A DNA stretch of 64,000 bases from Eledone cirrhosa (GCA_964016885.1 OZ024742.1:195114001-195178000), one strand, 5' to 3'; positions 1 through 12,420 are shown, counted from the first letter of the stretch. Numbers and translations: made by a program. The notes: generated by a model not told the origin, from the letters alone.

Positions 1-3000
1 ACTGTCTGACAGGTACCGATTGGATTTCCCGAATGTGCCAATGTGGACTTGGACAAACCGCATAGGGTCATCCAGATCATATCTAGATAGAGTATTTTGT
101 AGGGAAATAGATAGGTCTAGCATAGGCTGTCCACAATTCAAGATAGTCAGCTACACGGACCACAAATTCGTGACCTGTGTGCTTGACTTAGATAGGCTTC
201 ATAGACGAGGACCCGGCTACTGGAAGCTAAACGCGTCCTTACCAGCGCGCAAGGCCTACAGAGACCGGATTAGCGAACTAGTTAAGCGGGCGTTGACGGG
301 GGCCATCGTCAACAACAAGTGGTGGTTTGCTCTGAAAAGAGCGATTAGAATAGAATCGATTAGGTTTAGTAAGGCTTTAGCAATAGAGAAAAATAGAGCA
401 GAGGGAGAACTAGTTAGAAAATTAGACGAGGCGCTTAGCAAAGGCATTGCGACCGACGTGCTTGCGGCGAAATTGGCCCTTGACCAATTCTTCAATGCAA
501 AGCACGAAGGCTGCGTTGTCAGAGCTAGGGTGCGTGCTCTCAGACACGAGGGGACGAAAGCCGTTCAATGGGCCCGAGTGGCGGAGGCGCGTCGTGGCAA
601 CAAAGCCACGATCCGGTCTTTGGTGGACCACGACGGGCGCATGCTACTCGATCCCGGGCAAATGTGTGAAGCTTTTCAGCGACACTTCGCTCAGCTGTTC
701 GGGGGCAGCGGGGGGCCGGGTAGAGGGATGGACTTTAGTGTCTACCTCGACGGACTGCCGCGGCTCTCGGCCACTGAGGCGAAGTGTTGCGAAAAGCCGA
801 TAACAGCCGCTGAAGTACGGGAGGCAATGACTGGCTGCACAAGGGGTAAATCGCCTGGTTTGGATGGTCTGCCCTATGAACTTTACGTACAGATACCAGA
901 CTTGTTCGGAGGCCTCTTGGCGGACGTCTACTGCAACTGGCAACAGAACGGGAGAATTCCCAGTTCTGTGAGCCGAGGAGCGGTGGCACTGCTGAGAAAG
1001 GATCCGAACAAGGGGGATAACATAGACAATTTCCGGCCCATAACTCTGCTAAACACAGAGTTTAAGATTTTGGCCAAGGTGCTAGCAAAGAGGTTGGCGC
1101 TTGTCGTTGGTGGTCTGGTGGGAGAGGCGCAGACATGCGCCATTCCCGACAGATCCATCCACGACAACCTCCACCTCATGCGATACATCGTAGAGAGGGT
1201 AGCTAGGGAACCTGGCACGGGTGGGTCCTTGATCAATTTAGATCAGTCGAAAGCTTTCGATAGGGTCGACCATCGTTACCTAGCGGCAGTCCTGAGGGCG
1301 GCTGGCTTTGGGCCCGTCTTCAGAGGCTGGATCGCTGCCATGCACAGCGACATCTGCTCTGTAGTGAGAGTGAACGGTCACCTGTCGGAACCGTTCAACA
1401 TCATGCGCTCGGTCCGCCAAGGATGTCCCCTCTCGTCCCTCTTGTACGTATTGACTCTCGAGCCATTACTGCACAAACTGGAGACGATGAGGGGAGTCCC
1501 GCGCGAACTAGGATGCGGAAGATCCGTGTCAGCATATGCGGACGATGTCACCGTAGTGGTGTCGAACGCCAAACACATCGAGGCGATCGGCACTACACTA
1601 AGAGAATACGAAGCGGTGACAGGAGCAATGATCAACCAGGAAAAGTCAGTGGGCCTGCAGCTCGGCACCTGGAGAGGCAGGTCCATGCCGTCCAACAGCG
1701 TCGTCGGGCGCTGGACGGACGGAGCGGTTAAATTGCTAGGGGTCTGGTTCGGTCCGGACCTCCAGACGGACAAAAACTGGGACGAGGTGACGAGCAGGGT
1801 GGCTTCTCTCACCCAGAAATGGGCGGAGAGGAAGCTATCCCTGAAAGGTCGAGCGGAGGTGGCTAACGCGTACATCGCGTCTGTCATCTGCTACCGCCTA
1901 ACCGTCGTACCTTGTCCTAAGCCTCGCCTGACTGCGCTGGAGCGTTTGCTCTTTCGCTTTTTGTGGAAGGGACGTGCTCCGATGGTCAGGCGGTCCATCT
2001 GTTGTCAACACCCGCTACGTGGAGGGCTGGGCATGCCGTGGCTGATGATGCGCAGGCACGCGCTCAGGCTACGACATCTCCACCTCTTCCTCGACGGTGA
2101 TCAGGTGTGGTCGCCGTTTGCTAGACGCGTGTTTCCCCAGCTCGTTTCCTTGACGGAGCTGCAGTCCTGGGTCAAGCGAAGACCGAGAGGGAGCGCCTGG
2201 AGACTGGAATGTCTTCAGGCGCTCACAGCCCTCGACCAATCGGGCAATGTGATCGGTGGAAACTCCACCTCGGCGTTCTATAGAGGATTAGTGGAGGGGA
2301 AGAGCGACGACGTACTTGGGGAAACTCTAGGCGTCGACGAAAATCAACTAGCCAATCTCTTCGGAAGAACTTTCGGGCCAGGGCCTATGGACAACTTCCA
2401 GAAATCTCTGGCCTGGCAGTGCTACCGAGGAGCCTTGCCAGTTCGGGATAAACTCTACAGGTATGGAGGTGCCGTCAGCCGGGCATGTCCGAGATGCGCG
2501 CAGGGCGACGAAACCGTCCTGCACGCACTTGTCCAGTGTCCGAAAATTGCTGACTTGTGGGTTTATGTCGAACACCTGCTGTCGCGTTTAGGACGGATCC
2601 AGCTATCATCTGAGTCTATCGTGAGGATTGCCCCACCCTCCTCCTTTAGCCGGGAAGGGCAGGCAGTTTTTATCTGTCTGGTGGCCATGGCGAAAGAGAT
2701 AGTATGGTGGACACGTTTGAAAGGGCTGAAGACGAGCACTTACCTCTTCGGTGATGCTCTGATTGACTTTTTCAAATTTCATTTGAAAAGGAAAATCAGA
2801 GTAGAGAAGGAAGTGCTCTCTTCCCAGCATTTTGTTGAAAGATGGGTGAGAGAAGCAAGAATGGCCCGAGTGAATGGGCCGACTCTGAGTATACATCTGT
2901 AAACTAAAGGTGGAAAACTGGGAGAGGGCACTTGCCTTGGTGGTCAGGGTCATTGTGGCTTTTTACTGGGCTTTCTCCACAAATGTCCCTCCGAAGTCTC

Positions 3001-3162
3001 CCCCCTATTGGGGAATTTTTCATTGTTATTTTCATTGTTATTTTTGTTACATCCTCTGTTTTTGTTTTTTTACACGCAGAAATGCCCATTTGTACCGTCC
3101 TGCATTGTCCTGCACTGTCCTTAATGTCTACTTTATGTAAACCCTTGTGGTTAATAAAGAAA

Positions 3163-3164
<2 letters not shown>
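1..3164 (+). mobile_element. Tx1-like (L1 clade) non-LTR retrotransposon, copy 1 (5' part outside the window)
   Basis: ORF2 with end of APE domain, RT and C-terminal zinc finger; 3' UTR with AATAAA at 3153-3158 followed by an (ATT)n tail from 3165; closely similar to copies 2 and 3. Confidence 0.93.
20..2902 (+). CDS. LINE ORF2 (APE end, reverse transcriptase, zf-RVT), uninterrupted to its stop; true start upstream of the window
   Basis: Motifs YLDRVF..TDHK, GPGYWKLN, KSPGLDG, FRPITLLN, LDQSKAFDRV, VRQGCPLS, YADD, CPRC..ETVLHALVQC; 960 aa open. Confidence 0.92.
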   Translation: MDFPNVPMWTWTNRIGSSRSYLDRVFCREIDRSSIGCPQFKIVSYTDHKFVTCVLDLDRLHRRGPGYWKLNASLPARKAYRDRISELVKRALTGAIVNNKWWFALKRAIRIESIRFSKALAIEKNRAEGELVRKLDEALSKGIATDVLAAKLALDQFFNAKHEGCVVRARVRALRHEGTKAVQWARVAEARRGNKATIRSLVDHDGRMLLDPGQMCEAFQRHFAQLFGGSGGPGRGMDFSVYLDGLPRLSATEAKCCEKPITAAEVREAMTGCTRGKSPGLDGLPYELYVQIPDLFGGLLADVYCNWQQNGRIPSSVSRGAVALLRKDPNKGDNIDNFRPITLLNTEFKILAKVLAKRLALVVGGLVGEAQTCAIPDRSIHDNLHLMRYIVERVAREPGTGGSLINLDQSKAFDRVDHRYLAAVLRAAGFGPVFRGWIAAMHSDICSVVRVNGHLSEPFNIMRSVRQGCPLSSLLYVLTLEPLLHKLETMRGVPRELGCGRSVSAYADDVTVVVSNAKHIEAIGTTLREYEAVTGAMINQEKSVGLQLGTWRGRSMPSNSVVGRWTDGAVKLLGVWFGPDLQTDKNWDEVTSRVASLTQKWAERKLSLKGRAEVANAYIASVICYRLTVVPCPKPRLTALERLLFRFLWKGRAPMVRRSICCQHPLRGGLGMPWLMMRRHALRLRHLHLFLDGDQVWSPFARRVFPQLVSLTELQSWVKRRPRGSAWRLECLQALTALDQSGNVIGGNSTSAFYRGLVEGKSDDVLGETLGVDENQLANLFGRTFGPGPMDNFQKSLAWQCYRGALPVRDKLYRYGGAVSRACPRCAQGDETVLHALVQCPKIADLWVYVEHLLSRLGRIQLSSESIVRIAPPSSFSREGQAVFICLVAMAKEIVWWTRLKGLKTSTYLFGDALIDFFKFHLKRKIRVEKEVLSSQHFVERWVREARMARVNGPTLSIHL

Positions 3165-3204
<40 letters not shown>

Positions 3205-3211
3205 TATTATT
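3165..3211. repeat. (ATT)n tract shared by the Tx1 3' end (+) and the Dong-like 3' end (-)
   Basis: Read directly; both elements terminate on it from opposite sides. Confidence 0.95.
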
Positions 3212-4690
3212 GTTCTTTGAGTCTCAGTCATTGATGTTAGTTAACTGGAAAGTTTGTTGAAATGAATATCAAGCCACTACCTGCAGCCTCAGATATTCAG
3301 GACGTATCGGAGGGTTGTTGCAATTCCCAACAAGCATGCCTTTTGAAGTGTTCCAAAATGCGGGAAGGGCCCAATTTTCTTTAACCATCCCTGGAAACCT
3401 TTTGAGATAGTACCTAGTGCGCCTATGACAATCGGGACCACTTTGACCTCCTGGCAGTTCCAAATCCTTTTTACCTCCCACTTTAAGTCCTGGTATCGGT
3501 TCATGTTCTCCCTCTCCTTCTCTTGCACTCTCGTGTCGAATGGACAGGCCACATCCACAATCAGGCACGATCTTTTTTCCTTGTCCAAAACCACCAGGTC
3601 AGGTCTATTGTGTTCCAGTTTCTTGTCCGTCTGTATCCTAAAATCCCACAGCACCTTCACCTGATCGTTTTCTATCACCGACTCTGGCTTATGCTCATAC
3701 CACTTCTCAGAATGTGGTAAATTGTTTACTTTGCATAGGTGCCAGTGGATCACCCTGCCCATCACACCATGTCTCCAGCCTTTATAGTGAGTCTGGGCTA
3801 GGTGTTTACACTCGGATACAATATGAGCCACAATCTCCTCTCTCTCTCCACAGATCCTGCACAGTGGGCTAGCCTCCTCCTTGTAAATATGGCGTTTCAG
3901 CCACTTCGTTTTTAGGGCCTGCTCTTGCGTAGCCATTAGCATTCCTTCTGTAGCCTATTTAAGGTCTCCTCTTTTCAACCAGTTCCATGTCTGTGGATCT
4001 CTGAATTCAGTTTTCTCAAAGAAGGTACTATGAAGGGATTTTTCATGAAGGCTGCTCTTTCTCCTTGTTGTTTACTCCTTCAGTACAATTCTGAATATTG
4101 GCTCCCTACTATCAGTCACGTATTTGTGTAGGTTGTTTTCCTCCATCTGAACATAGTCCTCTATGCTGATAAGACCTCTTCCACCTTCAGATCTCCTTAA
4201 GTAGAGTCTATCGACATCACTCCTCTTGTGGAACATGTTGTAGATTGTCAATAGCTTCCTAGTCTTGCTATCAATTTCTTTTTGTTCAGCAACATTCCAT
4301 CTCAGAATTCCCGCACTGTACCTAATAATAGACACAGCTCGGTAATTTACTGCACTTATGGCATTCCTACTGTTCAGATGTGACTTTAATACGCCACACT
4401 CTCCGAATGTATTCAGATCTTATCAATTCCTTCATTTTTTTGTTCTTGATGTCATCAGCCTCCAGAACACCCAAATACTTGAATCCTTCTTCAGTGTCAA
4501 TTTCCTTTATCATCTCACCTGTTGGTACCTGGATTCCGTTGCTTCTGCTCAGTTCACCCCTCTTCATCACAAGGACTCCACACTTACTAATACCAAATTG
4601 CATACATATATCATTGCTGAAAATACGGACAGTGTCAACAAGCACATCCAACTCCTTCTCACTCTTCCCGAAGAGCTTAAGATCGTCCAT
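3212..4690 (-). mobile_element. R4/Dong-type RLE non-LTR retrotransposon, 5'-truncated and frameshifted (copy A)
   Basis: MDDLKLF, FKYLGV, LYLRRSEGGRGL, CRIC..H..EC zinc knuckle, RH motif, RPDLVVLD..IVDVACPFD..E..Y.DL RLE motif; ends in (AAT)n on the minus strand. Confidence 0.88.
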
Positions 4691-4693
4691 TAT

Positions 4694-4882
4694 TATCGGT
4701 AGAGGGTCGGACGCCGTGCTTTCCAGCATAGTTACGTCCCTTTACGATCTGAGTTCAAATCCTGCCGAGGTTGACTTTGCCTTTCATCCTTACGGGGTCG
4801 ATAAAATAAAGTACCAGTAATGCACTGGGTAATTGCTGGCCTTGTGCCTAAAGTAGAAACAATTATTATTATTATTATTATT
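4694..4882 (+). mobile_element. tRNA-derived SINE, (ATT)n-tailed family, 5'-truncated
   Basis: B-box GAGTTCAAATCC; body matches many other copies in the window; ends GGCCTTGTGCCTAAAGTAGAAACA(ATT)n. Confidence 0.88.
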
Positions 4883-7258
4883 CTCCCTTGTTGTGACGAT
4901 CACATCACCAGTAGAGTAACGCTCTCTAGACAGGAAGTAGCTGGAGTTACTTCCAGTTGTGGTTGCCTTCTTTGTCACTTCTTCCAGGGACCATATAAAA
5001 AGGACAGCTCCAAGCTGTCTCCCTCTCATTTGTCCTTTCGGCTGCTGGCCTTCGACCAGGCGCGTTTGCTCAGGCTCTACTCTCTGGCAATTCTAACATG
5101 GTCTGTTGCGAGCTCACTTTAAAACGGTAACAAATAACTTTACTTCATTCTTTCATATACCCATGGACATGTCAACTATTATATTCTACATAACTTCAAC
5201 CTGTTAATTAAACTTTATACACACAAGCTAGTGTCTTTTTTATGTTCATACCACCCAGTATTCTATTATAAGTGGTGACCCCGAAAAAAATAAAAAATTG
5301 ATAGGATCTGGTGTTGTGTGAGTATGGAAGGAGGAAAATTAATTAGCAGTACCCCATTTTCGTTGGAATATGTGGACAAACATTTCGAACACGCAGCAAA
5401 CTTTATTAACAAACTAGGAAAAATTCGCAGACACAGAAACGAACACACGCACACGTGAAATTCTCGTTCAGACAGACTCTTTTTCTCTTATCTAACGTGA
5501 TATATATTTTTTTTCGGACTAAGAAATCCCTCCGACCTTCTTAGACATGGATTTCTCTCCGCATACACTGTCTTTTAACGAACACATCAAAAAAGAAAAA
5601 AAAAAGAAATTTTTCCTCAGCAGGCAAAATAAACAGAAAATTTTGCCTTTCACGCACGTGTCTTACATCAACTATGTGTGGCATTTCACTGGATGTATAT
5701 ATATGTTTTTCGTTTCTTATTACAACGAACACTTAAAAAAAAAAAGAGAAATTTGATTTTATTTTTACACATTTCAACATGAACATTTATTTTTGCTGAA
5801 TCTCAACTATCGCTTATTCTTTCCCCCAAGCTTTTTTCATCGTTCACAAAAAATTGAACTCGCCATATTTGTTATACCAAGTGAAGCCTTTTTTTCTTTT
5901 TCATCATATTATCACGTTCACACACAAATTTTTCAAAATGGCTGCCAACGACCTGTTGCACTATCATTTTCGCGCCATTTTCTCGCGCAATAGAATTTTT
6001 TTTTTTTAAATTTGACTTTAACCTTGTTTCGGCACGTGTGGGCAGCACACATCTCGACTCACTGAGATAACACACGCCATAGATAATGTTTCTTGCCAAG
6101 GACTCTCCAGCCTTAAGCCATATTCTCCTATTTGCCGGTTTAAAAATTTTCCACGTAAATTTGCCGTTGAAAACTGCGCATTTATTCAGAATGCTTATTT
6201 CTTTGGTCGCTGGCTTCTTGGCCCTTCCAGGTCAACTCATTCTCAACATCGGCCATCAATTTTGGCTGTTATTTCTAGCACTTTGCGCAACTCATTTTTT
6301 TTCTGGGAAACTTTGTACTGTGAATTTAAACAACGAATAGGCTCACTCCGCGAGACAACAACATCAACAACCAAAACCAGCAGAACAAAACAGAGAATTT
6401 ATTTTTGCAGCACTCTTCCTGTGAGAAAATCCCACCGAATTTCACGCTGTACCACAGTCTAGAGGCCACCTGCATACATTCTCTGGAGGACACACTTTCT
6501 TTCCTGCTGCCATGTGATTGCACACCTGTGAACTTTATTTTTGAAAATTTGAATTTTTTTCTTTAATAACTGTGTTCGAGCGCGTTTCCTTGCTGTTTTG
6601 ACCCCTTCCTTTGATTGCATTGTATCTTTGTGTGATGGATAGATAGATGTCCAGTCGTTCTCTGGTCAAGAGCGGTTGGCTACCTTGATATATATCATTA
6701 ATTTTTGCATGCTTATATTTTGCTGTTTTGCTTTTGTTGCAAATATTATTTTTTCGTAATTTTCATGCCTGGACTTTGGTGTTACAACATGCTCACCATC
6801 TTACTTCATAGATGGTTCATTCGATTTTTATGTTTTAAAAATCTGGCGGGGGATAATGTAGCAAGAGTTGCCTCCCTTGTTGTGACGATCACATCACCAG
6901 TAGAGTAACGCTCTCTAGACAGGAAGTAGCTGGAGTTACTTCCTGTTGTGGTTGCCTTCTTTGTCACTTCTTCCAGGGACCATATAAAAGGCACAGCTCC
7001 AAGCTGTCTCCCTCTCATTTGCCCTTTCGGCTGCTGGCCTTCGGCCAGGCACGTTCACCGAGGCTCTACTCTCTGGCAACCCTAACATGTTCTCTTGCGA
7101 GCTCACTTCAAAACGGTAACAAATAACTTTACTTCATTCTTTCATATACCCATGGACATGTCAACTATTATATTCTACATAACTTCAACCTGTTAATTAA
7201 ACTTTATACACACAACCTAGTGTCTTGTTATATTTATACACACCAGTGTTCTGTTATA
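4883..7258 (+). mobile_element. Non-autonomous LTR retrotransposon (5' LTR 4883-5270 lacking about 15 bp at its start; 3' LTR 6857-7258)
   Basis: About 400-bp direct repeats; PBS at 5273-5283; purine-rich GGCGGGGGATAA before the 3' LTR, which starts TGTAGC; TATA-like CATATAAAA in both LTRs; no recognisable gag/pol internally. Confidence 0.88.
5273..5283 (+). promoter_or_regulatory. Primer-binding site complementary to the tRNA-Trp 3' end
   Basis: TGGTGACCCCG, 2 nt after the 5' LTR, matches the first 11 nt of the known tRNA-Trp PBS TGGTGACCCCGACGTGAT. Confidence 0.8.
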
Positions 7259-7814
7259 AGCCTTTTTAAGGTCTCCTCTTTTTAACCAGTTCCATGTCTG
7301 TGGATCTCTAAGTTTTCTTAAAGAATGTACTATGAAGGGATTTTTCCTGAAGGTTGCTCTTCCTCCTTGTTGTTATTTCCTACTAGGACATCCCCTGGTC
7401 TATTGTCCTCTCCTTCAGTACAATTTTGAGCATTGGCTCTCTACTGTCAGTCACGTATTTGTGTAGGTTGTTTTTCTCCATCTGAACACAGTCCTCTATG
7501 CTGATAAGACCTCTTCCACCTTCAAATCTCTTTAAGTAGAGTCTATTGATATCACTCCTCTTGTGGAACATGTTGTAGATAGTCCATAGCTTCCAAGTCT
7601 TCCTATATATTTTTTTTGTTCAGCAACATTCCATTTCAGAATTCCCGCACTGTACCTAATAATAGACACAGCTCGGGAATTCACTGCACTTATGACATTC
7701 CTACTATTTAGATGTGATTTTAATACGCTCCTTACTCTCCTAATGTACTCAGATCTTATCAATTTCTTCATGTTTTTGTTTTTGATGTCATCTGTCTCCA
7801 GAACACCTAAATAT
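7259..7814 (-). mobile_element. R4/Dong-type fragment (copy B), homologous to about 3952-4478
   Basis: Direct nucleotide similarity to copy A; translates KYLGVLE..LKSHLNSRN..RYSAGILKW..LYLKRFEGGRGL. Confidence 0.85.
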
Positions 7815-10027
7815 TTAGTGTCTACCTCGACGGACTGCCATGTCTCTCGGCCACTGAGGCAGAGTGTTGCGAAAAGCCGATAACAGCAGCTGAAGTACGG
7901 GAGGCAATGACTGGCTGCACAAGGGGTAAAACGCCTTGTTTGGATGGTCTGCCCTATGAACTTTACGTAGAGATTCCAGACTTGTTCGGAGGCCTCTTGG
8001 CCGACGTCTACTGCAACTGGCAACAGAAAGGGATAATTCCCAGCTCTGTGAGCCGAGGAGCGGTGGCGCTGCTGAAAAGTGATCCGAACAAGGGGGATAA
8101 CACAGATAATTTCAGGCCCATAACTCTTCTAAACACAGAGTTCAAGATTTTGGCCAATGTGCTAGCAAAGAGGTTGGGGCTTGTCGTTGGTGGTCTGGTA
8201 GGAGAGGCGCAGATATGCGCCATTCCCGACAGATCCATCCACGACAACCTGCACCTCATGCGATACATCGTGGAGCGGGTAGCTAGGGAACCTGACACGG
8301 GTGGGTCCTTGATCAATTGAGATCAGTCGAAAGCTTTCGATAGGGTCGACCATCGTTATCTGGCGGCAGTCCTGAGGGCGGCTGGCTTTGGGCCGTCTTC
8401 AGAGGGGGGGGAGGTCCCACGCGAACTAGGATGCGGAAGATCCGTGTCAGCATATGCGGACGATGTCATCGTAGTGGTGTCGAACGCCAAACACATCGAG
8501 GCGATCGGCACTACACTAAGAGAATACGAAGCGGTGACAGGAGCAATAATCAACCAGGAAAAGTCGGTGGGCTTGCAGCTCGCACCTGGAGAGGCAGGTC
8601 CATGCCGTGCAACGGCGTCGTCGGGCGCTGGGCGGACTAACCGGTTAAATTGCTAGGGGTCTGGTTCGGTCCGGATCTCCAGGCGGACAAAAACTGGGAC
8701 GAGGTGACGAGCAGGGTGGTTTCTCTCACCCAGAAATGGGCGGAGAGGAAGCTATCCCTGAAAGGTCGAGCGGAGGTGGCTAACGCGTACATCGCGTCCG
8801 TCATCTACTACCGCCTGACCGTCGTGCCTTGTCCTAAAACTCGCCTGATGCGCTGGAGCGTTTGCTCTTTCGCTTTTTGTGGAAGGGACGCGCTCCGATG
8901 GTTAGGCGGTCCATCTGCTCTCAACACCCGCTACGTGGAGGGCTGGGCATACCGTGGCTCATGATGAGCAGACACGCGCTCAGGCTATGACATCTCCACC
9001 TCTTCCTCGATGGTGATCAGCTGTGGTCCCCAGCTCATCTCCTTGACGGAGCTGCAGTCCTGGGTCAAGCGAAGACCAAGAGGGAGCCCCTGGAGACTGG
9101 AATATCTTCAGGCGCTCACAGCCCTCGACCAATCGGGCAATGTGATCGGTAGAAACTCCACCTTGGCGTTCTATAGAGTATTAGTGGAGGTGAAGAGTGA
9201 CGACGTACTTGGGGAAACTCTAGGCGTCGACGAAAATCAACTAGCCAATTTCTTCCGAAGAAATTTCAGGCCGGGGCCTATGGACAACTTCCAGAAATCC
9301 TTGGCCTGGCAGTGCTACCGAGGAGCCTTGCCAGTTCGGGATAAACTCTACAGGCATGGAGATGCCGTCAGCCGGGCATGTCCGAGATCGGCGCTGGGCG
9401 ACGAAACCGTCCTGCATGCACTCGTCCAGTGTCCGAGCATTGCTGACTTGTGGGTTTATGTCGAACATCTGCTGTCGCATGTAGAACGGATCCGACTATC
9501 AGCTGAGTCCATCGTGAGGATTGCCCCGCCCTCCTCCTTTAGCCGGGAATGACAGGCAGTTTTTATCTGTCTGGCGGCCATGGCGAAAGAGATAGTATGG
9601 TGGACACGTTTGAAAGGGCTGAAGACGAGCACTTACCTCTTCGGTGATGCCCTGATTAACTTTTTCAAATTTCATTTGAAAAGGAAAATCAGAGTAGAGA
9701 GGGAAGTGCTCTCTTCCCAGCATTTTGTTGAAAGATGGGTGAGAGAGGCAAGAATGGCCCAAGTATGTGTCTGTAAATTAAAGGTGGAAAACTGGGAGAG
9801 GATATTTGCCCTGGTGGTCAGGGTCACTGTGGCCTTTTAATGGGCTTTCTCCACAAATGTCCCTCGGAAGTCTCCCCCTTATTGGGGAATTTTTCATTGG
9901 TATTTTTTGTTACATCCTGTTTTTGTTTTTTTTTACACGCAGAAATGCCCATTTGTACCGTCCTGTATTGTCCTCTACTGTCCTTAATGTCTACTTTATG
10001 TAAACCCTTGTGGTTAATAAAGAAAGC
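7815..10027 (+). mobile_element. Tx1-like copy 2, 5'-truncated, with stops, frameshifts and an internal deletion
   Basis: Colinear with copy 1 from about position 735; lacks the QGCPLS region (deletion near 8405); same 3' UTR; (ATT)n tail 10028-10059. Confidence 0.93.
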
Positions 10028-10259
10028 ATTATTATTATTATTATATTATTATTATTATTGAATGCCATGGTTGACGGAGGCTCGGCTCTGTAAGGTATTG
10101 TACATTTTAACCGCTATAACAATTGTAAATTGTTTAAAACTTTAACCAAATTGTAGACAAAAACACCCTCCTCCTCGTGAGAGGAGTCTTTCTTCCCGTT
10201 AGTTGGCCCTTCGCTTATTGGGGTGTTGTGCCCAATATTTATTTTAAACCAAAACAAAC

Positions 10260-12342
10260 ATGGCTACAAAAAAGAATTTTCACAAGTCACTCCCACTCAT
10301 TCCGTCTTCTTCTTTCTCAATCGTCACTACACCAGAGAGAAGATTATCTCTCTCCCTCCCTTCTCTAAATGTGTCTCTCTCCCTCCATTCTCTTTCGCAA
10401 GCGACGCCAGTAAAGAAAAATAGTTTCCAAAATCACGTGCAAAACGTGGAACACTTCTCCACGACGACGACAACGACGAAAAAGGTGTGCGGTAAATACG
10501 AAAACCCATTTCATTCGACTGACGTCATAAATAATAGCAGTAGCAGCCGTAATAACAACAGCAGCAGTAGCAACAGTGTCAAAGAAAACAACAGTACCAG
10601 CCGCAACAGCATCAGCAGCAGCATAAACAACAACAGCATTAGCAGCAACAGCAACAACAACAGCAGCAGCAGCAGCAACAACAACAACAACCACAGCAAC
10701 AGCCGCGGCGGCAGTCATACTACCAGCAGCAACAACAAAAGTAACAGCAGCTCTGACGACGACAACAACAACAACAACAAAGAAAAACCAATCTCGTTTG
10801 CAGGTATCGCAAAGAACCTGGAAACCATCCTTATAACAAATGAGGAATTACAGGAAGCAAAGAAGATGGTGACGAAAAATGGACACCGAGCAATCTGCAA
10901 GGCATCGGAAACATTTTTCGAAACCCAACAGCACTGTGCGGTCACGTATCGTACAGTAAGCACAAAATCCCGTAGGGTTGAAAGGGCCACAGAGGCTCAA
11001 ATACAAAAAGCCTTAGGGTCTGTGTGGCAGCGGAAAACGCATATCACCCGAGGCAAGAAATATGCCACCGTGGACGTGCTTTTTCCCACACCCCAGGAGG
11101 AAAAGGCTCAATCCTTAGTGACCCTAAGGAGCGAGGAAATGGTGTTGGTGCCCTCCTACTGCGGACAAAAAATTGTGAGGGTCAAAGTGACCCACACCCC
11201 CGCCCCCCGGGATGGCCACTTCTTGGCTGGCCGCGTCTGTCTTGTCGGAATCGAGGACAAAACAACTGTACTGCAAGTACAGAAAAAAGTACGAGAAGAT
11301 TGGGTCGGCACCTCCATTGAGATGTTAATCCAAACCAACCAGGAGTGCATCGAAGCTATCCCGGATGTGATAGACTTCGATAACGGCACTCAACTGCCCA
11401 TATGTGTTGAGGGCAAACGCCCGAAATGCTTTCGCTGTGGATCGAAGACTCACCTCAGGGCCTTCTGCAATGAGAACACCCTGAGAAAGGAGAAAACCAC
11501 CCCTCCTTCCGAAACCGGCTCCACTGCTACCAGCAACAGGACAGGCGGCAACCAGGAAGGATAGGTCCGTGGCACCCATACCCACGCCACGGAAATCAAG
11601 AACAGCAGCAGCAGTGGAAGTATTAACAACAACAACAACAGCAATACCAACTGCAGCTGCAACCGAGACTCCACTGCAAACATCACCAACAACAACAAGT
11701 GAAAGAGTGGGGCTGGTACCCCTCCCCTACCTCACAGAATCGGACATGAAGTGTGAGGTGGGAGAGGGATGGCAAAAGGTCACAAGAAGGCACAAACGCA
11801 GAAGCAGCGCATCGGCGCCTTCGAAAAGGGAGGAAAGAAACGAAAAAAGGGTAAACTCTACTGCAAAAAGATTTACAGCAGCAACACCACCAACACCATT
11901 ACCACCCACAATAGCACCACCATCACCACCGGCGGCAACCCCACCGCCAACAACAACACCTTCATCACCACCACCACAAGCACCAACATCGCAAACACAA
12001 CAAAACACACACACCCAGCAACAACGACAAGAAAATAGCAGAACCACACCCCACCCCTAGAAAAACAAATGCACAGCAATAAATACACATAACAAGAAAT
12101 TAATGACTTACATAATTGAACACACAGACATTTCACAGCACGACTACATAATACCAGCACCAATCAAAACACCAACGAACATAAGACTGGTAAAAATAGC
12201 ACAGAAACAATACACAAACATTAAAACGAAATTCCCCAACGCAGTTGGTGATTTCAGAGACCTAGAAGGGATATACTCACAGATGAGCCGACGACCATCC
12301 GAAGGGGCGATTCAACGGTCCCTTCACCAGACGATCAAGTGA
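10260..12342 (+). pseudogene. Tx1 ORF1 (Asn/Ser-rich N-terminus, CCHC zinc knuckle, Pro/Thr-rich C-terminus), disrupted
   Basis: CFRCGSKTHLRAFC; homologous to copy 4 ORF1 (VTYRTVS, KYATVDVLF, GQKIVRVKVT, VEG.RPKC, KFPNAVGDFR); broken near 11564 and 12060. Confidence 0.8.
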
Positions 12343-12420
12343 AAATGGATGGTGAAACCATCCTTCCTCTGCGAGAAGTAAGGTAAGTGGTCTTTCCCAT
12401 CTTTTCCACACCATTCCAAC

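Noticed and set aside
256-2953. Antisense and alternate-frame ORFs recurring in each Tx1 copy
   Set aside because: Expected shadows of a GC-rich coding strand, repeated only because the element is repeated.
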